A stretch of DNA of 64,000 nt from an uncultured Gemmatimonadales bacterium (GTDB lineage Bacteria; Gemmatimonadota; Gemmatimonadetes; Longimicrobiales; RSA9), in NCBI GenBank assembly GCA_963708135.1, contig OY970192.1, positions 2,656,001-2,720,000 on the forward strand, written 5' to 3'. This document shows positions 19,574 through 29,328 of the stretch, piece by piece. Within the stretch, counting starts at the first letter, position 1, and each line of letters starts with the position of its first letter. The notes under the pieces were generated by a model. The model worked only from the letters and a program-made list of their open reading frames with translations, did no database searches and was not told where the DNA came from. The position numbers and the translations under genes were made by a program.

Positions 19574-20013
19574 CGGCGTGCCCGCCCGTAGGAGGAGATG
19601 GTCAGGCCGGCTTCCGCGGCGCCCCGGCGGAGCCGGATCGTGCGGCTCGCGATCTGCCCGAGGCCCAGTCCGTCGAAGCGGAGGACGACGGGACGGCCGG
19701 CCGAGCCATCCATGCTCATGCGCACGCCGTAGTCCCCGGCGAGGCGCAGCGGCGGCGGCGAAGCGCCGCGGACAACCTCGATGCGGGCCGTCCCCGTGGC
19801 GGGATTGAGGACGAGCAATGCGCCGCCCGCCGCCACGGCCGCGAGCCGGGTGCGGCCGAGATACGCGGCGAGCGCGTCACGGGCCGTCTCCGAGGCCACC
19901 ACGTCAACGGCGCGATGCAGGGGCGGCATGGCCAGCCCGAGCAGGACGGCCATGACGATGAGCGCGAAGATCAGCTCGACGAGCGAGACTCCGGGACGGT
20001 CGGGTGCGCGCAT
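19567..20013 (-). CDS. FimT/GspH-like minor pilin (cassette 2)
   Basis: MRAPDRPG|VSLVELIFALIVMAVLLGLAMP, LRFDGLG, LTISSYGR; ATG at 20013. Confidence 0.78.
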   Translation of the reverse strand: MRAPDRPGVSLVELIFALIVMAVLLGLAMPPLHRAVDVVASETARDALAAYLGRTRLAAVAAGGALLVLNPATGTARIEVVRGASPPPLRLAGDYGVRMSMDGSAGRPVVLRFDGLGLGQIASRTIRLRRGAAEAGLTISSYGRARRW

Positions 20014-20066
20014 GGGCCCAATGGTGCAATGCCGGATGGGGCGGAGCCATGGCTGGACGAGACGAT

Positions 20067-20566
20067 GGGGTGCGGAGGGGGCCGGGGGCGGGGGGCGGGG
20101 GGCGGGGGGGGCGGCCGGGGCGGGTGGCCTGGGTGGGATGCGCGGGCGGAAGGGGGGGCCGGGGCGGGGGGCGGGGGCGGGCTGCGCGGGCGGGCAGGGG
20201 TCGCAAGGGGCGGGCGGGGGGCCGGGGCGGGTGGCCGGGGTGGATGCGCGGGCGGGCGGAAGGGAGGGCGGACGGGCGGCCGGGGCGGGTGGGCTGCGCG
20301 GGCGGAAGGGGGGGCGGACGGGCGGCCGGGGCGGGTGGCTTGGGTGGGCTGCGCGGGCGGAAGCGGGGGCGGACGGGCGGCCGGGGCGGGTGGCTTGGGT
20401 GGGCTGCGCGGGCGGAAGGGGGGGCCGGGGCGGGGGGCGGGATGCGCGGGCGGGCAGGGGTCGCAAGGGGCGGGCGGGTGGCCTGTGTGTGGGATGCGCG
20501 GGCGGAAGGCGGCCGGAGCGGGTGGCCGGGGCGGCACGCGCGGGCGGGCGGCGGCAGGGCGGGCGC
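20067..20566 (+). repeat. ~500-bp extremely G-rich imperfect tandem repeat tract with G-quadruplex potential
   Basis: About eight copies of G(A/C)TGCGCGGGCGG plus recurring GGCCGGGGCGGGTGG; dozens of G3-G7 runs on the + strand; non-coding. Confidence 0.85.
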
Positions 20567-20570
20567 CGTG

Positions 20571-20728
20571 AACTCCCCACGCGCCCCGGGGCGCGTGGGG
20601 AGTTGACCGCGCTATTCGTTGGCAACTCCCCAAGGACCGGAGGCCCACGGGCACGATTGGGGACTTTACCGCGCTATTCGCAGGCAAGTCCCCAAGCGTC
20701 GATTCCAGGGCGGACGCGTGGGGACTTT
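20571..20728. repeat. Mini-array of 37-bp palindromic repeats with ~61-62 bp period (REP/CRISPR-like)
   Basis: TGGGGAGTTGACCGCGCTATTCGTTGGCAACTCCCCA (20596-20632) and TGGGGACTTTACCGCGCTATTCGCAGGCAAGTCCCCA (20658-20694), with half copies at 20571 and 20719. Confidence 0.7.
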
Positions 20729-21036
20729 CCTACTTTCGCGGGCCCGCTACTTCCGGGCGTTGCACGGGCGCTGGGCCAGTGCGGGCAGCGCCCGGGACCA
20801 GCCGGCCCTCGTTCGAGCGAATCCGCCCGCGTAGCGCCGACAGGCAACTCCATTCGAGCGCACGGCATCGGCCGGGAAGAGCCGGCTTCGGACTCGGATT
20901 CCGCTGCGCTGGATTTGGATTCGTTGAGCGGCGGGCGGGACGGGACGGAGTCCAGGGGCCGGCGAGCAGGTCCGCCGTGGTTCCGCCACCCCCATGCTCA
21001 GGCCCACTCCCACCGGCGGCCGGTGGTTCGGATCGG

Positions 21037-22392
<1,356 letters not shown>

Positions 22393-22412
22393 GGGGAGAG
22401 ATCCGAGCCCGG

Positions 22413-22580
22413 TTAGAAGAGCTGTCTGGCGATTCTGCCGCCGAGATAGATGCCGTAGCCGCCGGCGATGGTGGCCAGCACGTAGGCGGTGAAGGTGCCG
22501 ACCATCGCGCCGACCCACCAGCCGAGCGTCGACAGGACGGTGCTGGCGGCGGCGCGGATCATCCAGCTGCCGGTTCTCAT
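22413..22580 (-). CDS. Small 55-aa membrane protein between kinase and regulator
   Basis: [65 protein letters not shown]; hydrophobic and Gly-rich. Confidence 0.6.
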   Translation of the reverse strand: MRTGSWMIRAAASTVLSTLGWWVGAMVGTFTAYVLATIAGGYGIYLGGRIARQLF

Positions 22581-22650
22581 GTGTCCACTCCCTTCGTCAG
22601 GAGGTCGCCGGGCCGTCGGCCGCTCCGTGCGGCGGGCCCGGACCCAGCGT

Positions 22651-23949
22651 TCAGCCCCGTGCTCCCGCAGGCGACGTCTCCGCCAGCGGGGCACCGGTCG
22701 TTTCCCGGTCCGCGAGCTGCTCGAGCGCCGGGATCCCGATGGTGAAGCGGGCACCCCCGCTCTCAGGGGACTCGGCGCGGATGGTGCCGCCCATGTTGTC
22801 CACGAGGCGGGCGGAGACGGCCAGGCCGAGGCCGGTGCCCTTGCCGGGCTCCTTCGTGGTGACGAACGGCTCGAAGATCTGGTCGAGCAGCTCCGGGGGA
22901 ATACCGGGGCCGTTGTCGGCCACCGTGATCTCGACCACCGTGCCACCCGGCGTGAAGGGATCCTCCTGCGGCAGCCGGCCGGAGGCGAAGAGGCGGCGGC
23001 GGTGCGAGTAGTCGATGCCGGGCGGATCGTCCTTCCGGCGCGCGGGCCTGTACGGCAGCGGGTAATGGACCCGGGTGGCGGAGCGGATCTCGATGCTGCG
23101 CTCCCGGCGGCCGGCGAGGGCGTCGCCGGCGTTGACGAGCAGATTGACGAGCACCTGCTGGAGCTGGTAGGGGTCGGCCTCGACGGCAGGGAGGTCCGCG
23201 CCGAGCTGTGTGCTGACCTGGATGCCGGTGAAGCGCCCCTGGGTCTCGATGAGCTCGAGGGTCTGCCCGATGACGCCGTTCACATCGATCGAGCGGGTCT
23301 TCACATCGCGGGTGCGGGCGTAGTCGAGCAGGCCCCGCACGATGCGATCGATGCGCCGGGCCTCCTGCTCGGCGGCGACAATGAGCTCCTTCTTCTTGCT
23401 GTCCAGCCCCCTGCCGACGAGCCCGAGATAGCCGAGGATGGCGCCCAGCGGATTCCCGACCTCGTGCGCGATGCCGGAAGCGAGGCGGCCGACGGACGCC
23501 ATCTTCTCCGCGCGCACCATGGCGTTCCTGGCATCGGTCAGCTGCCGGTTGGTCTCCTCCAGCGAGCGGATGTTGGCCGAGAGCGCGTCCTGGTGGTTGA
23601 TCAGGCGCTCGGCCATGCCGTTCACCGCGTCGGCCAGGCGCGCCATCTCGGCGGTCTCCGGCTGGGGCAGCCTGGTCGTGTACTCCCCCTGCGCGATGTT
23701 CTCGACCGCGGCCAGCATACGCTGGATCGGCGTGAGCACACGGCGCTGAACGAGGTAGCGGCCGAAATAGAGGAAGACGGCGAGGTCGGCCGCCATCAGC
23801 GTACCGACGTACAACACCCGCTCCCCGGCGCTCTCGAGGCGGGGGACGAGGAACAGCAGCGCCGTCGCGGCGACCAGCAGCGCGCCTACGAACACCAGCG
23901 CGAGCGCGGCGACGAGCTCCCGGCGAAGGGTCGGCAGTGGTGGTTTCAT
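22651..23949 (-). CDS. HAMP-domain sensor histidine kinase (PilS2-like by position)
   Basis: Two TM helices, [26 protein letters not shown]-box, [32 protein letters not shown] at 23949. Confidence 0.9.
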   Translation of the reverse strand: MKPPLPTLRRELVAALALVFVGALLVAATALLFLVPRLESAGERVLYVGTLMAADLAVFLYFGRYLVQRRVLTPIQRMLAAVENIAQGEYTTRLPQPETAEMARLADAVNGMAERLINHQDALSANIRSLEETNRQLTDARNAMVRAEKMASVGRLASGIAHEVGNPLGAILGYLGLVGRGLDSKKKELIVAAEQEARRIDRIVRGLLDYARTRDVKTRSIDVNGVIGQTLELIETQGRFTGIQVSTQLGADLPAVEADPYQLQQVLVNLLVNAGDALAGRRERSIEIRSATRVHYPLPYRPARRKDDPPGIDYSHRRRLFASGRLPQEDPFTPGGTVVEITVADNGPGIPPELLDQIFEPFVTTKEPGKGTGLGLAVSARLVDNMGGTIRAESPESGGARFTIGIPALEQLADRETTGAPLAETSPAGARG

Positions 23950-24475
23950 GCCATCCGGAGAAGGTTGCCCCAACGCGAAGATGGGGCCGAGGCAAGGGGT
24001 CTGGCAAGGATTGCCGGTTTGCGGGACGTGGGACGCGGGATCGTGTCCGGCGCCCGAGCGGCTATTCGTCGCGATCCATGGATCTCGAGCTCGACACTTG
24101 CCGGCGAGCGCGAGATCGCGGAGCCGGCGCGGGCGATCCGCCGGCGAGGCTCTCTCTCGCAGAGCTCGCAGCCGGATCACGAACAGCCATGAGGCGCAAT
24201 GGGCGCCGGCGAAGCGGCGAGCGAAATCGCGCAATGGGCGCCGGCGCGCTGCTCGCGATCGAGATTTCGCTCGCCTGGCGGGAGGAATCTCGTACGCATG
24301 GTGCGGGGGCCGGGTCGCATACGATATCCATCTCGCTCAGCGAGACGAAGCTGGATGGCGCGCATCGAAAGCGCGGACAGGGCGAGAAATCGCTCGCTCC
24401 ACAGGAGTGCGGACGGGCACGCGGGGCGAGGAAGCGCGCATCCTTGAGTCCCTGGCCATCGGGGCCGGCAGCGAA

Positions 24476-24964
24476 TCAGTTGCAGGCGATGATGTCGTCC
24501 GTGGTGGCGGGGGCCGCCACGCCCGAGGGGGCGTTGCCGATGAAGATGCCGCACTGATGGCCGGGATAGCCCGCGTGGTCCGCCGTCGCGGCCCAGCCAC
24601 CATGAGCGGAGTAGGTGATGCTGAGCGTGACGCTCGGGCTCGGCTGGAAGTTGGCGACCGCCGGATCGGAGGCGTAGATGCCGTTGGAGGCGTAGTAGAT
24701 CTCCTGCTGGATGGAGAGCACGCGCAGGTCGTTCTGGAGCGTGGCCAGCATGGCGCGCTCGCGGACCTTCGTGAAGCTGCCGGCGACGATGGAGGCGAGG
24801 ATACCGATGATGACGACGACGAGAAGCAGCTCGATGAGCGTGAACCCGGCGCGGCACGGCGGCTCGTGATCGCGCGCGGCGGCGGGATGGCGGGCCGCCC
24901 CCGCCCGGGGGTGAGCGAAGGAGGCGGAGCGGCGGGCAGCCAGCTCAAAGGGGCGCGGGATCAT
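24476..24964 (-). CDS. Second major-pilin-like protein (PilA paralog)
   Basis: RAG|FTLIELLLVVVIIGILASI; QEIYY, F.PS..VT and CG.F.G....AAPAT.....C shared with PilA; ATGA overlap with upstream gene. Confidence 0.82.
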   Translation of the reverse strand: MIPRPFELAARRSASFAHPRAGAARHPAAARDHEPPCRAGFTLIELLLVVVIIGILASIVAGSFTKVRERAMLATLQNDLRVLSIQQEIYYASNGIYASDPAVANFQPSPSVTLSITYSAHGGWAATADHAGYPGHQCGIFIGNAPSGVAAPATTDDIIACN

Positions 24965-26703
24965 GAAGCGCTCCTGGCCGTGGCCGCGGCGGTCGGCACA
25001 CGCTGGAAGATGACGTACATGCGGAAGAGGGCGATGAGGTGGTAGTGCGCGCTGAACTCCGCGGCGAAGCGCGGGTCGCGGAGGAAGTACTGGAGGTAGT
25101 CGAAGTGGGCCATCGCCCGCGATGGGCCGACCCGGTCGACGATGAGGAGCGTCGGGCGGGCGCGCAGGAAATCCTCGACGTAGGCGTCCGCGAGCCAGTG
25201 CTCCGCGGGGCTCGTGTGCGCCGGGTCATGATAGGGGAAAGGGTCCGGCTGCCCGGTGACCTCGGGATACAAGCCCGCCAGGGGCCAGAGGGAGTTGAAG
25301 CGGGTGGCCCAGCCGATGCCGGTCAGGTTCACGAGCGGGAACCCGGCCTGGAGCTGCGTCGAGAGGACCATGATCGGCCCCTTCCCGGCATCGCGCTCGA
25401 CGAGTTCGAGCATGGCGGGGAGGTAGTAGGGGTAGCCGGCGTAGTAGCCGACCGGAGCCGGGTGACGGGCGCGCTGCCCGGCCGAGCCGAGCATGACGGC
25501 GGCAATGCCGAGGAACGCGAGCGAGCGCGCGGCAGCGACGTGCGTGGCGATCCGGGGCCGCTCGCCCAGACGGCGCAGGGCGTTGACGAGCACCACGACG
25601 AGGAGCAGCAGCGCGGCGGAGAGCACGGGCAGCCAGTGGTAGTCCCAACCCTTGCGCTCCCAGAGCAGCGCGGCCAGGAACCCGAGCATGACGAGCAGGA
25701 GCAGACGCCGCAGGTGGCGCAGCTCGGGCCGGCCCGGCACGAGGACGGCGGCCAGGGCCGCGGCGAGAACGAGGGCGCCCTTTGAATTCAGCAGCAGCCA
25801 ACTGTAAGGCTCGGGAACGAACCCGGCGTACGTGGCCCAGGCGAACTTCGCGATGCCCAGGTAGGCGGGCGTGAGGACGAGCACGCCGACGAGGTAGAGT
25901 CCGATCGCGGCCGCTGCCGCGAGGCACTCGGGGCGGCGTACGGCGCGCCGCCAGCCGCTCGTCGCGAGCAGATACAGCTCCACGGGCAGCAGGACCAGCA
26001 GGAAATACGGCTTGAGGGCCACCGCGAGGCCGGCAGCGATGCCGATGCCGACGGCCGCGCGCGGGGAGATGTCGCGCCGCTCGGCGCGCAGGGCGGCGAG
26101 AACCAGGTAAGGCAGGAAGAGGGCGAACATCAGGTGCTCGCGCTGCCCGAACTCGCGCCCGGCGAAGGGGAAGAGCAGAAAGGCCGCGAATGCGACGAGG
26201 AGGCGGCGGCCGGCGTCGCCGAGGGAGAGGCGGCGCAGCAGCAGTGCTGTGGCCAGCAACGCGCTGGCCGCGACAAGTCCCACGAAGACGGGAAACAGGA
26301 CCATGTCCGAGAGGCCGAGCGCGCGGGCGGCCCCCTCCACGGCGAGCGCGAAGCCGACGATCAACGGGGGGTTGACCTCGATGACGTCGCGGTACAGCAC
26401 GGCGCCGCCGAGGACCCGGTGGGCGACGTAGAGCAGCCAGGCATGGTCGTGGTTGATCGGGACCGCGAAGAGGGCGACGTAGGCGAACAGGCAGACGGCG
26501 GCGGTAACGACCAGCCAGAAGGCGCGGGCCGCGCTCAGCCGGCGGGCGAGCTCGAGCGGCCCGGCGGCCGACGCGGAATCCCGGTGGCCCGCCCGGGGAG
26601 CTCCCGGGACCGGCCGGATCGACCGCAACGGGCGTTCGACGGCAGCGCGGGGGGCGGGCGGGGCCACACGGCCCCGCAGCACCTGAGAGACTGGCTCCGT
26701 CAC
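24961..26703 (-). CDS. Polytopic membrane protein, GT-C-like putative glycosyltransferase, immediately downstream of pilA
   Basis: About 11-12 hydrophobic segments; first loop INHD...LYRDVIEVNPP; FGQREH, ALKPY; periplasmic C-terminal domain. Confidence 0.62.
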   Translation of the reverse strand: MTEPVSQVLRGRVAPPAPRAAVERPLRSIRPVPGAPRAGHRDSASAAGPLELARRLSAARAFWLVVTAAVCLFAYVALFAVPINHDHAWLLYVAHRVLGGAVLYRDVIEVNPPLIVGFALAVEGAARALGLSDMVLFPVFVGLVAASALLATALLLRRLSLGDAGRRLLVAFAAFLLFPFAGREFGQREHLMFALFLPYLVLAALRAERRDISPRAAVGIGIAAGLAVALKPYFLLVLLPVELYLLATSGWRRAVRRPECLAAAAAIGLYLVGVLVLTPAYLGIAKFAWATYAGFVPEPYSWLLLNSKGALVLAAALAAVLVPGRPELRHLRRLLLLVMLGFLAALLWERKGWDYHWLPVLSAALLLLVVVLVNALRRLGERPRIATHVAAARSLAFLGIAAVMLGSAGQRARHPAPVGYYAGYPYYLPAMLELVERDAGKGPIMVLSTQLQAGFPLVNLTGIGWATRFNSLWPLAGLYPEVTGQPDPFPYHDPAHTSPAEHWLADAYVEDFLRARPTLLIVDRVGPSRAMAHFDYLQYFLRDPRFAAEFSAHYHLIALFRMYVIFQRVPTAAATARSAS

Positions 26704-26770
26704 GCAGCGCCTCCGTCGGCAGTTCGGATCGAGACCGGTGGCTTCAGGGCGAGATGAGACCGGTCGGACG

Positions 26771-26804
26771 AAAAGCGGGGCGGCGGCACCATGCCGCCGC
26801 CCCG
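26771..26804 (-). terminator. Intrinsic terminator after pilA
   Basis: Minus strand CGGGGCGGCGGCA-TGG-TGCCGCCGCCCCG-CTTTT. Confidence 0.8.
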
Positions 26805-26833
26805 ATCACGCGAGAACCAGCAGGTGTGCCCGG

Positions 26834-27238
26834 TTACTCGCCCTTGCAGGTGACGACACCGGCGATCGTGGCCGGAGCAGCGTCTCCGGAGACCTCGCCG
26901 CCGTAGAACACGCCGCAGCTCTGCGTGCTCGCATCCAGCGCCGCGTGCACGGCCGTGAAGGCGTACCCGGTGGCGTCGGCCTTGCCCGCGACGGTCACGC
27001 CCGAGGAGGGCGAGAAGTCGAGGCTGGCCTGGCTGGTCGTGTAGGAGTAGGCGTTGTTCGAGTTGTAGTAGATCTCCTCCTCGGACATGAGGTTCTTCAG
27101 GTCCGACTTCATGGCCGAGAAGTACGCCTTCTCGCGCGTCTTGCTGAACTTGGGGATCGCGATCGCGGCCAGGATGCCGATGATCACGACCACGATCAGC
27201 AGCTCGATGAGCGTGAAGCCCTGCCGTACCTTGAGCAT
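26834..27238 (-). CDS. pilA: Major type IVa pilin
   Basis: MLKVRQG|FTLIELLIVVVIIGILAAIAIPKF; strong RBS AAGGAG; own terminator; C-terminal Cys pair. Confidence 0.9.
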   Translation of the reverse strand: MLKVRQGFTLIELLIVVVIIGILAAIAIPKFSKTREKAYFSAMKSDLKNLMSEEEIYYNSNNAYSYTTSQASLDFSPSSGVTVAGKADATGYAFTAVHAALDASTQSCGVFYGGEVSGDAAPATIAGVVTCKGE

Positions 27239-27312
27239 CGTTGCTCCTTGAATGAGTGTCGGGGCGTGGACGACTCTTGCCCGGATAGGGCTGGCGACCA
27301 CGGCTTCCAGTG

Positions 27313-27327
27313 GCAAGAGGCGAACCG
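27313..27327 (-). promoter_or_regulatory. Putative sigma54 (-24/-12) promoter of pilA
   Basis: Minus strand CGGTTCGCCTCTTGC (GG-N10-GC with TTGC), 75 nt upstream of the ATG; PilR-type activators are in the locus. Confidence 0.6.
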
Positions 27328-27428
27328 CTTCCGCGCGTGGCCGTCTCGATCCACAGAAGTCATTGGAACGTAATGGTTTCTGTTGGCACGGCCGATTGAC
27401 TGCGCTCGCCACTCCGGGCGCGCTCCCC

Positions 27429-27459
27429 TTGCATTCTGCAATACCGGCGCAGTTTGCAA
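27429..27459. promoter_or_regulatory. Pair of TTGCA-N3-TGCAA-like palindromes (candidate enhancer sites)
   Basis: TTGCATTCTGCAA (27429-27441) and GCGCAGTTTGCAA (27447-27459), ~100-130 bp upstream of the sigma54 motif; the motif recurs at 52777-52811. Confidence 0.55.
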
Positions 27460-27465
27460 CGGCGC

Positions 27466-29328
27466 TCACGGCCACCGGATCTCCGCCTCCGCCCGGCGGA
27501 TGCGGTCGGCGCTGGCGGAGTCCCGGGGTGAGCGGGCGCGGGCGCTGTCGAGGGCGGCGCGGGCGGCGGCGCCGTCGCGGAGCGAGGTGTAGGCGCGGCC
27601 GAGCATGAACCAGCGCTTCCAGCCATCGCCATCGGGGAGTGCGAGGGCGCGCCCGAGCGTGGCGGCCTCCTCGGCGTGGCGGCCCAGATCGCGCAGCGCT
27701 TCCGCGCGCAGGTCGAGGAGGCCGGGCGTGGGGCCGCCCAAACGCTCAGACTGATCGAACCGGGCCAGCGCCTGCTCGAATCTGCCCGTCTTCAGCAAGG
27801 CCAGGCCGCGGACGAGGGCGGTGCCCGGGTTGCCCGGCTGGACGGAGTCGGCGCGCTGAAGGAGCGCCATGGCCCGCCCGTACCGCGCCCTCCCGACCTC
27901 GAACATGCCGAACTCGGTCAGGAACTCGCCGTCGTCGGGATAGAGCATGAAGGCGAGATCCCAGTGCCGCGTGGCGGCGACGCTGTCGCCGGCCGCGGCG
28001 GCCCGCGAGGCGGCCGACCACTGGGCGCGGTAGGACTCGGGGTGATCGCGGAGCAGGCCGGCGAAGAGCGCCTTCGTGCTGGCCCAGTCGGGGTTTCGCA
28101 CGATGCTCCTCGCCGCGCAGAGGGTCAGGACGAGGAGGAGGAGGGCCCGGAGCGGTCGTGTCCGGGGGGCGGGGGCGGCGGCGAGTGCCTCCCAGGCGAA
28201 CGCCGCCACGGCGGCAACAGCCACGGAAGGGAGGAAGAGCGTCCGCTCGGCGAGGATGACGCCGATGGGGAAGAACAGGTTCGAGACGGGGAGCACGGCG
28301 ACGAGGAACCATGCGGCCGGCAGGCCGAGCCGGGGCTGACGCGGCGTGAGCGCGGCGAGCGCAACCGTCGCGATCAACAGGAATCCACCCAGGAGCACCA
28401 TGGGCGAGAGGGCGGTCACGGGCAGGATCACGGCGGGGGAGTAGTCGGCCGAGAGGTCGAGCGGGAAGAAGAGGAGCCGCGCGTACTCGGGCCAGGCCCG
28501 CAGCGCCGTCAGCACGCGGTGCGGTCCGCGCAGGAACGGGAACCACGGGCCGGCATCGGCGCCGGCGACGGCGCCGAGGACGTGGACGCGCAGGAGCAGG
28601 TACGCCGCGGCGACGGCGCCGAGCGCGACGAAAGCCGGGGCGAGCCGGCGGGCGGCGTGTTCCAGCTCCCTGCGGGTGAAGGTGATCCGGCCCTGCGCGA
28701 GGTCGAGTACGAGGAGGAGGGCCGGCAACACGATGGCGCCCTCCTTGGCCAGGAGTGCGAGCGCGTAGAGGGCGGCGACGGCCGCGAGCCGGCCGGGCGG
28801 GACGCGCAGGCCGGCGGGCCGGCCGAGCCAGAGGACGCAGGCCCCGAGCACGCCGGCGGCAGCGATGAGCTCGGCCTGGCCCACGACGTTCGCGACGACC
28901 TCGGTGTGGAGCGGGTGGACGGCGAACAGGACGGCGCCGAAGAGCGCGGCGTCCGGGCCGGCCAGGCGGCGGAGGAGTAGCAGGACCAGCACGGCGACGG
29001 CGGCGGCGAGCAGCACGCTAACGAGATGGAACACCCACGGCGCCCCGCCGCCGAGCACCCACTGGAGCGCGAAGCCGAAGATGGTCAGGGGGCGGTAGAG
29101 GCCGAGCTGCCCGCCGCCCTTCATGAACCAGTACGGCGTGAGCCAGAGGGTGGCCTGGTGGTGCAGGGTATGGACGCGGGGGTCGCCGGCGATGATGTAG
29201 ACATCGTCGTACGCGAAACCGTTGGCGAGGGAGTTGGCGTAGGTCGCCAGGGTCGCGGCGAGGACGGCCACCAGCGACACAGCGAGGCGCGATGGCCACG
29301 TACGGAAGTCAGCGCGCAAGCTTCGCAT
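27466..29328 (-). CDS. TMTC/DUF1736-like GT-C membrane protein with C-terminal TPR-like repeats (paralog 1)
   Basis: NGFAYDD, YRPLT, FAVHPLHTEVVANVVGQAEL, LLAKE, LSADYS, PVSNL..ILAERTLFLPS, RNPDW, then helical repeats. Confidence 0.82.
   Translation of the reverse strand: MRSLRADFRTWPSRLAVSLVAVLAATLATYANSLANGFAYDDVYIIAGDPRVHTLHHQATLWLTPYWFMKGGGQLGLYRPLTIFGFALQWVLGGGAPWVFHLVSVLLAAAVAVLVLLLLRRLAGPDAALFGAVLFAVHPLHTEVVANVVGQAELIAAAGVLGACVLWLGRPAGLRVPPGRLAAVAALYALALLAKEGAIVLPALLLVLDLAQGRITFTRRELEHAARRLAPAFVALGAVAAAYLLLRVHVLGAVAGADAGPWFPFLRGPHRVLTALRAWPEYARLLFFPLDLSADYSPAVILPVTALSPMVLLGGFLLIATVALAALTPRQPRLGLPAAWFLVAVLPVSNLFFPIGVILAERTLFLPSVAVAAVAAFAWEALAAAPAPRTRPLRALLLLVLTLCAARSIVRNPDWASTKALFAGLLRDHPESYRAQWSAASRAAAAGDSVAATRHWDLAFMLYPDDGEFLTEFGMFEVGRARYGRAMALLQRADSVQPGNPGTALVRGLALLKTGRFEQALARFDQSERLGGPTPGLLDLRAEALRDLGRHAEEAATLGRALALPDGDGWKRWFMLGRAYTSLRDGAAARAALDSARARSPRDSASADRIRRAEAEIRWP

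Noticed and set aside
20571..20728. Bona fide CRISPR array
   Set aside because: Only two full, non-identical repeats, short spacers, no leader and no cas genes in the window; kept only as a palindromic repeat.
26834..27238. PilA as an electrically conductive e-pilin
   Set aside because: Aromatics occur at mature positions 1, 24, 32, 50, 51 and 57 (13 F/Y in 127 aa by my count), but position 27 is Thr, no cytochromes are nearby and the e-pilin criteria are contested.
27384..27399. TGGCACG sigma54-like motif on the + strand upstream of pilA
   Set aside because: Wrong strand for pilA and no GC at the -12 position.
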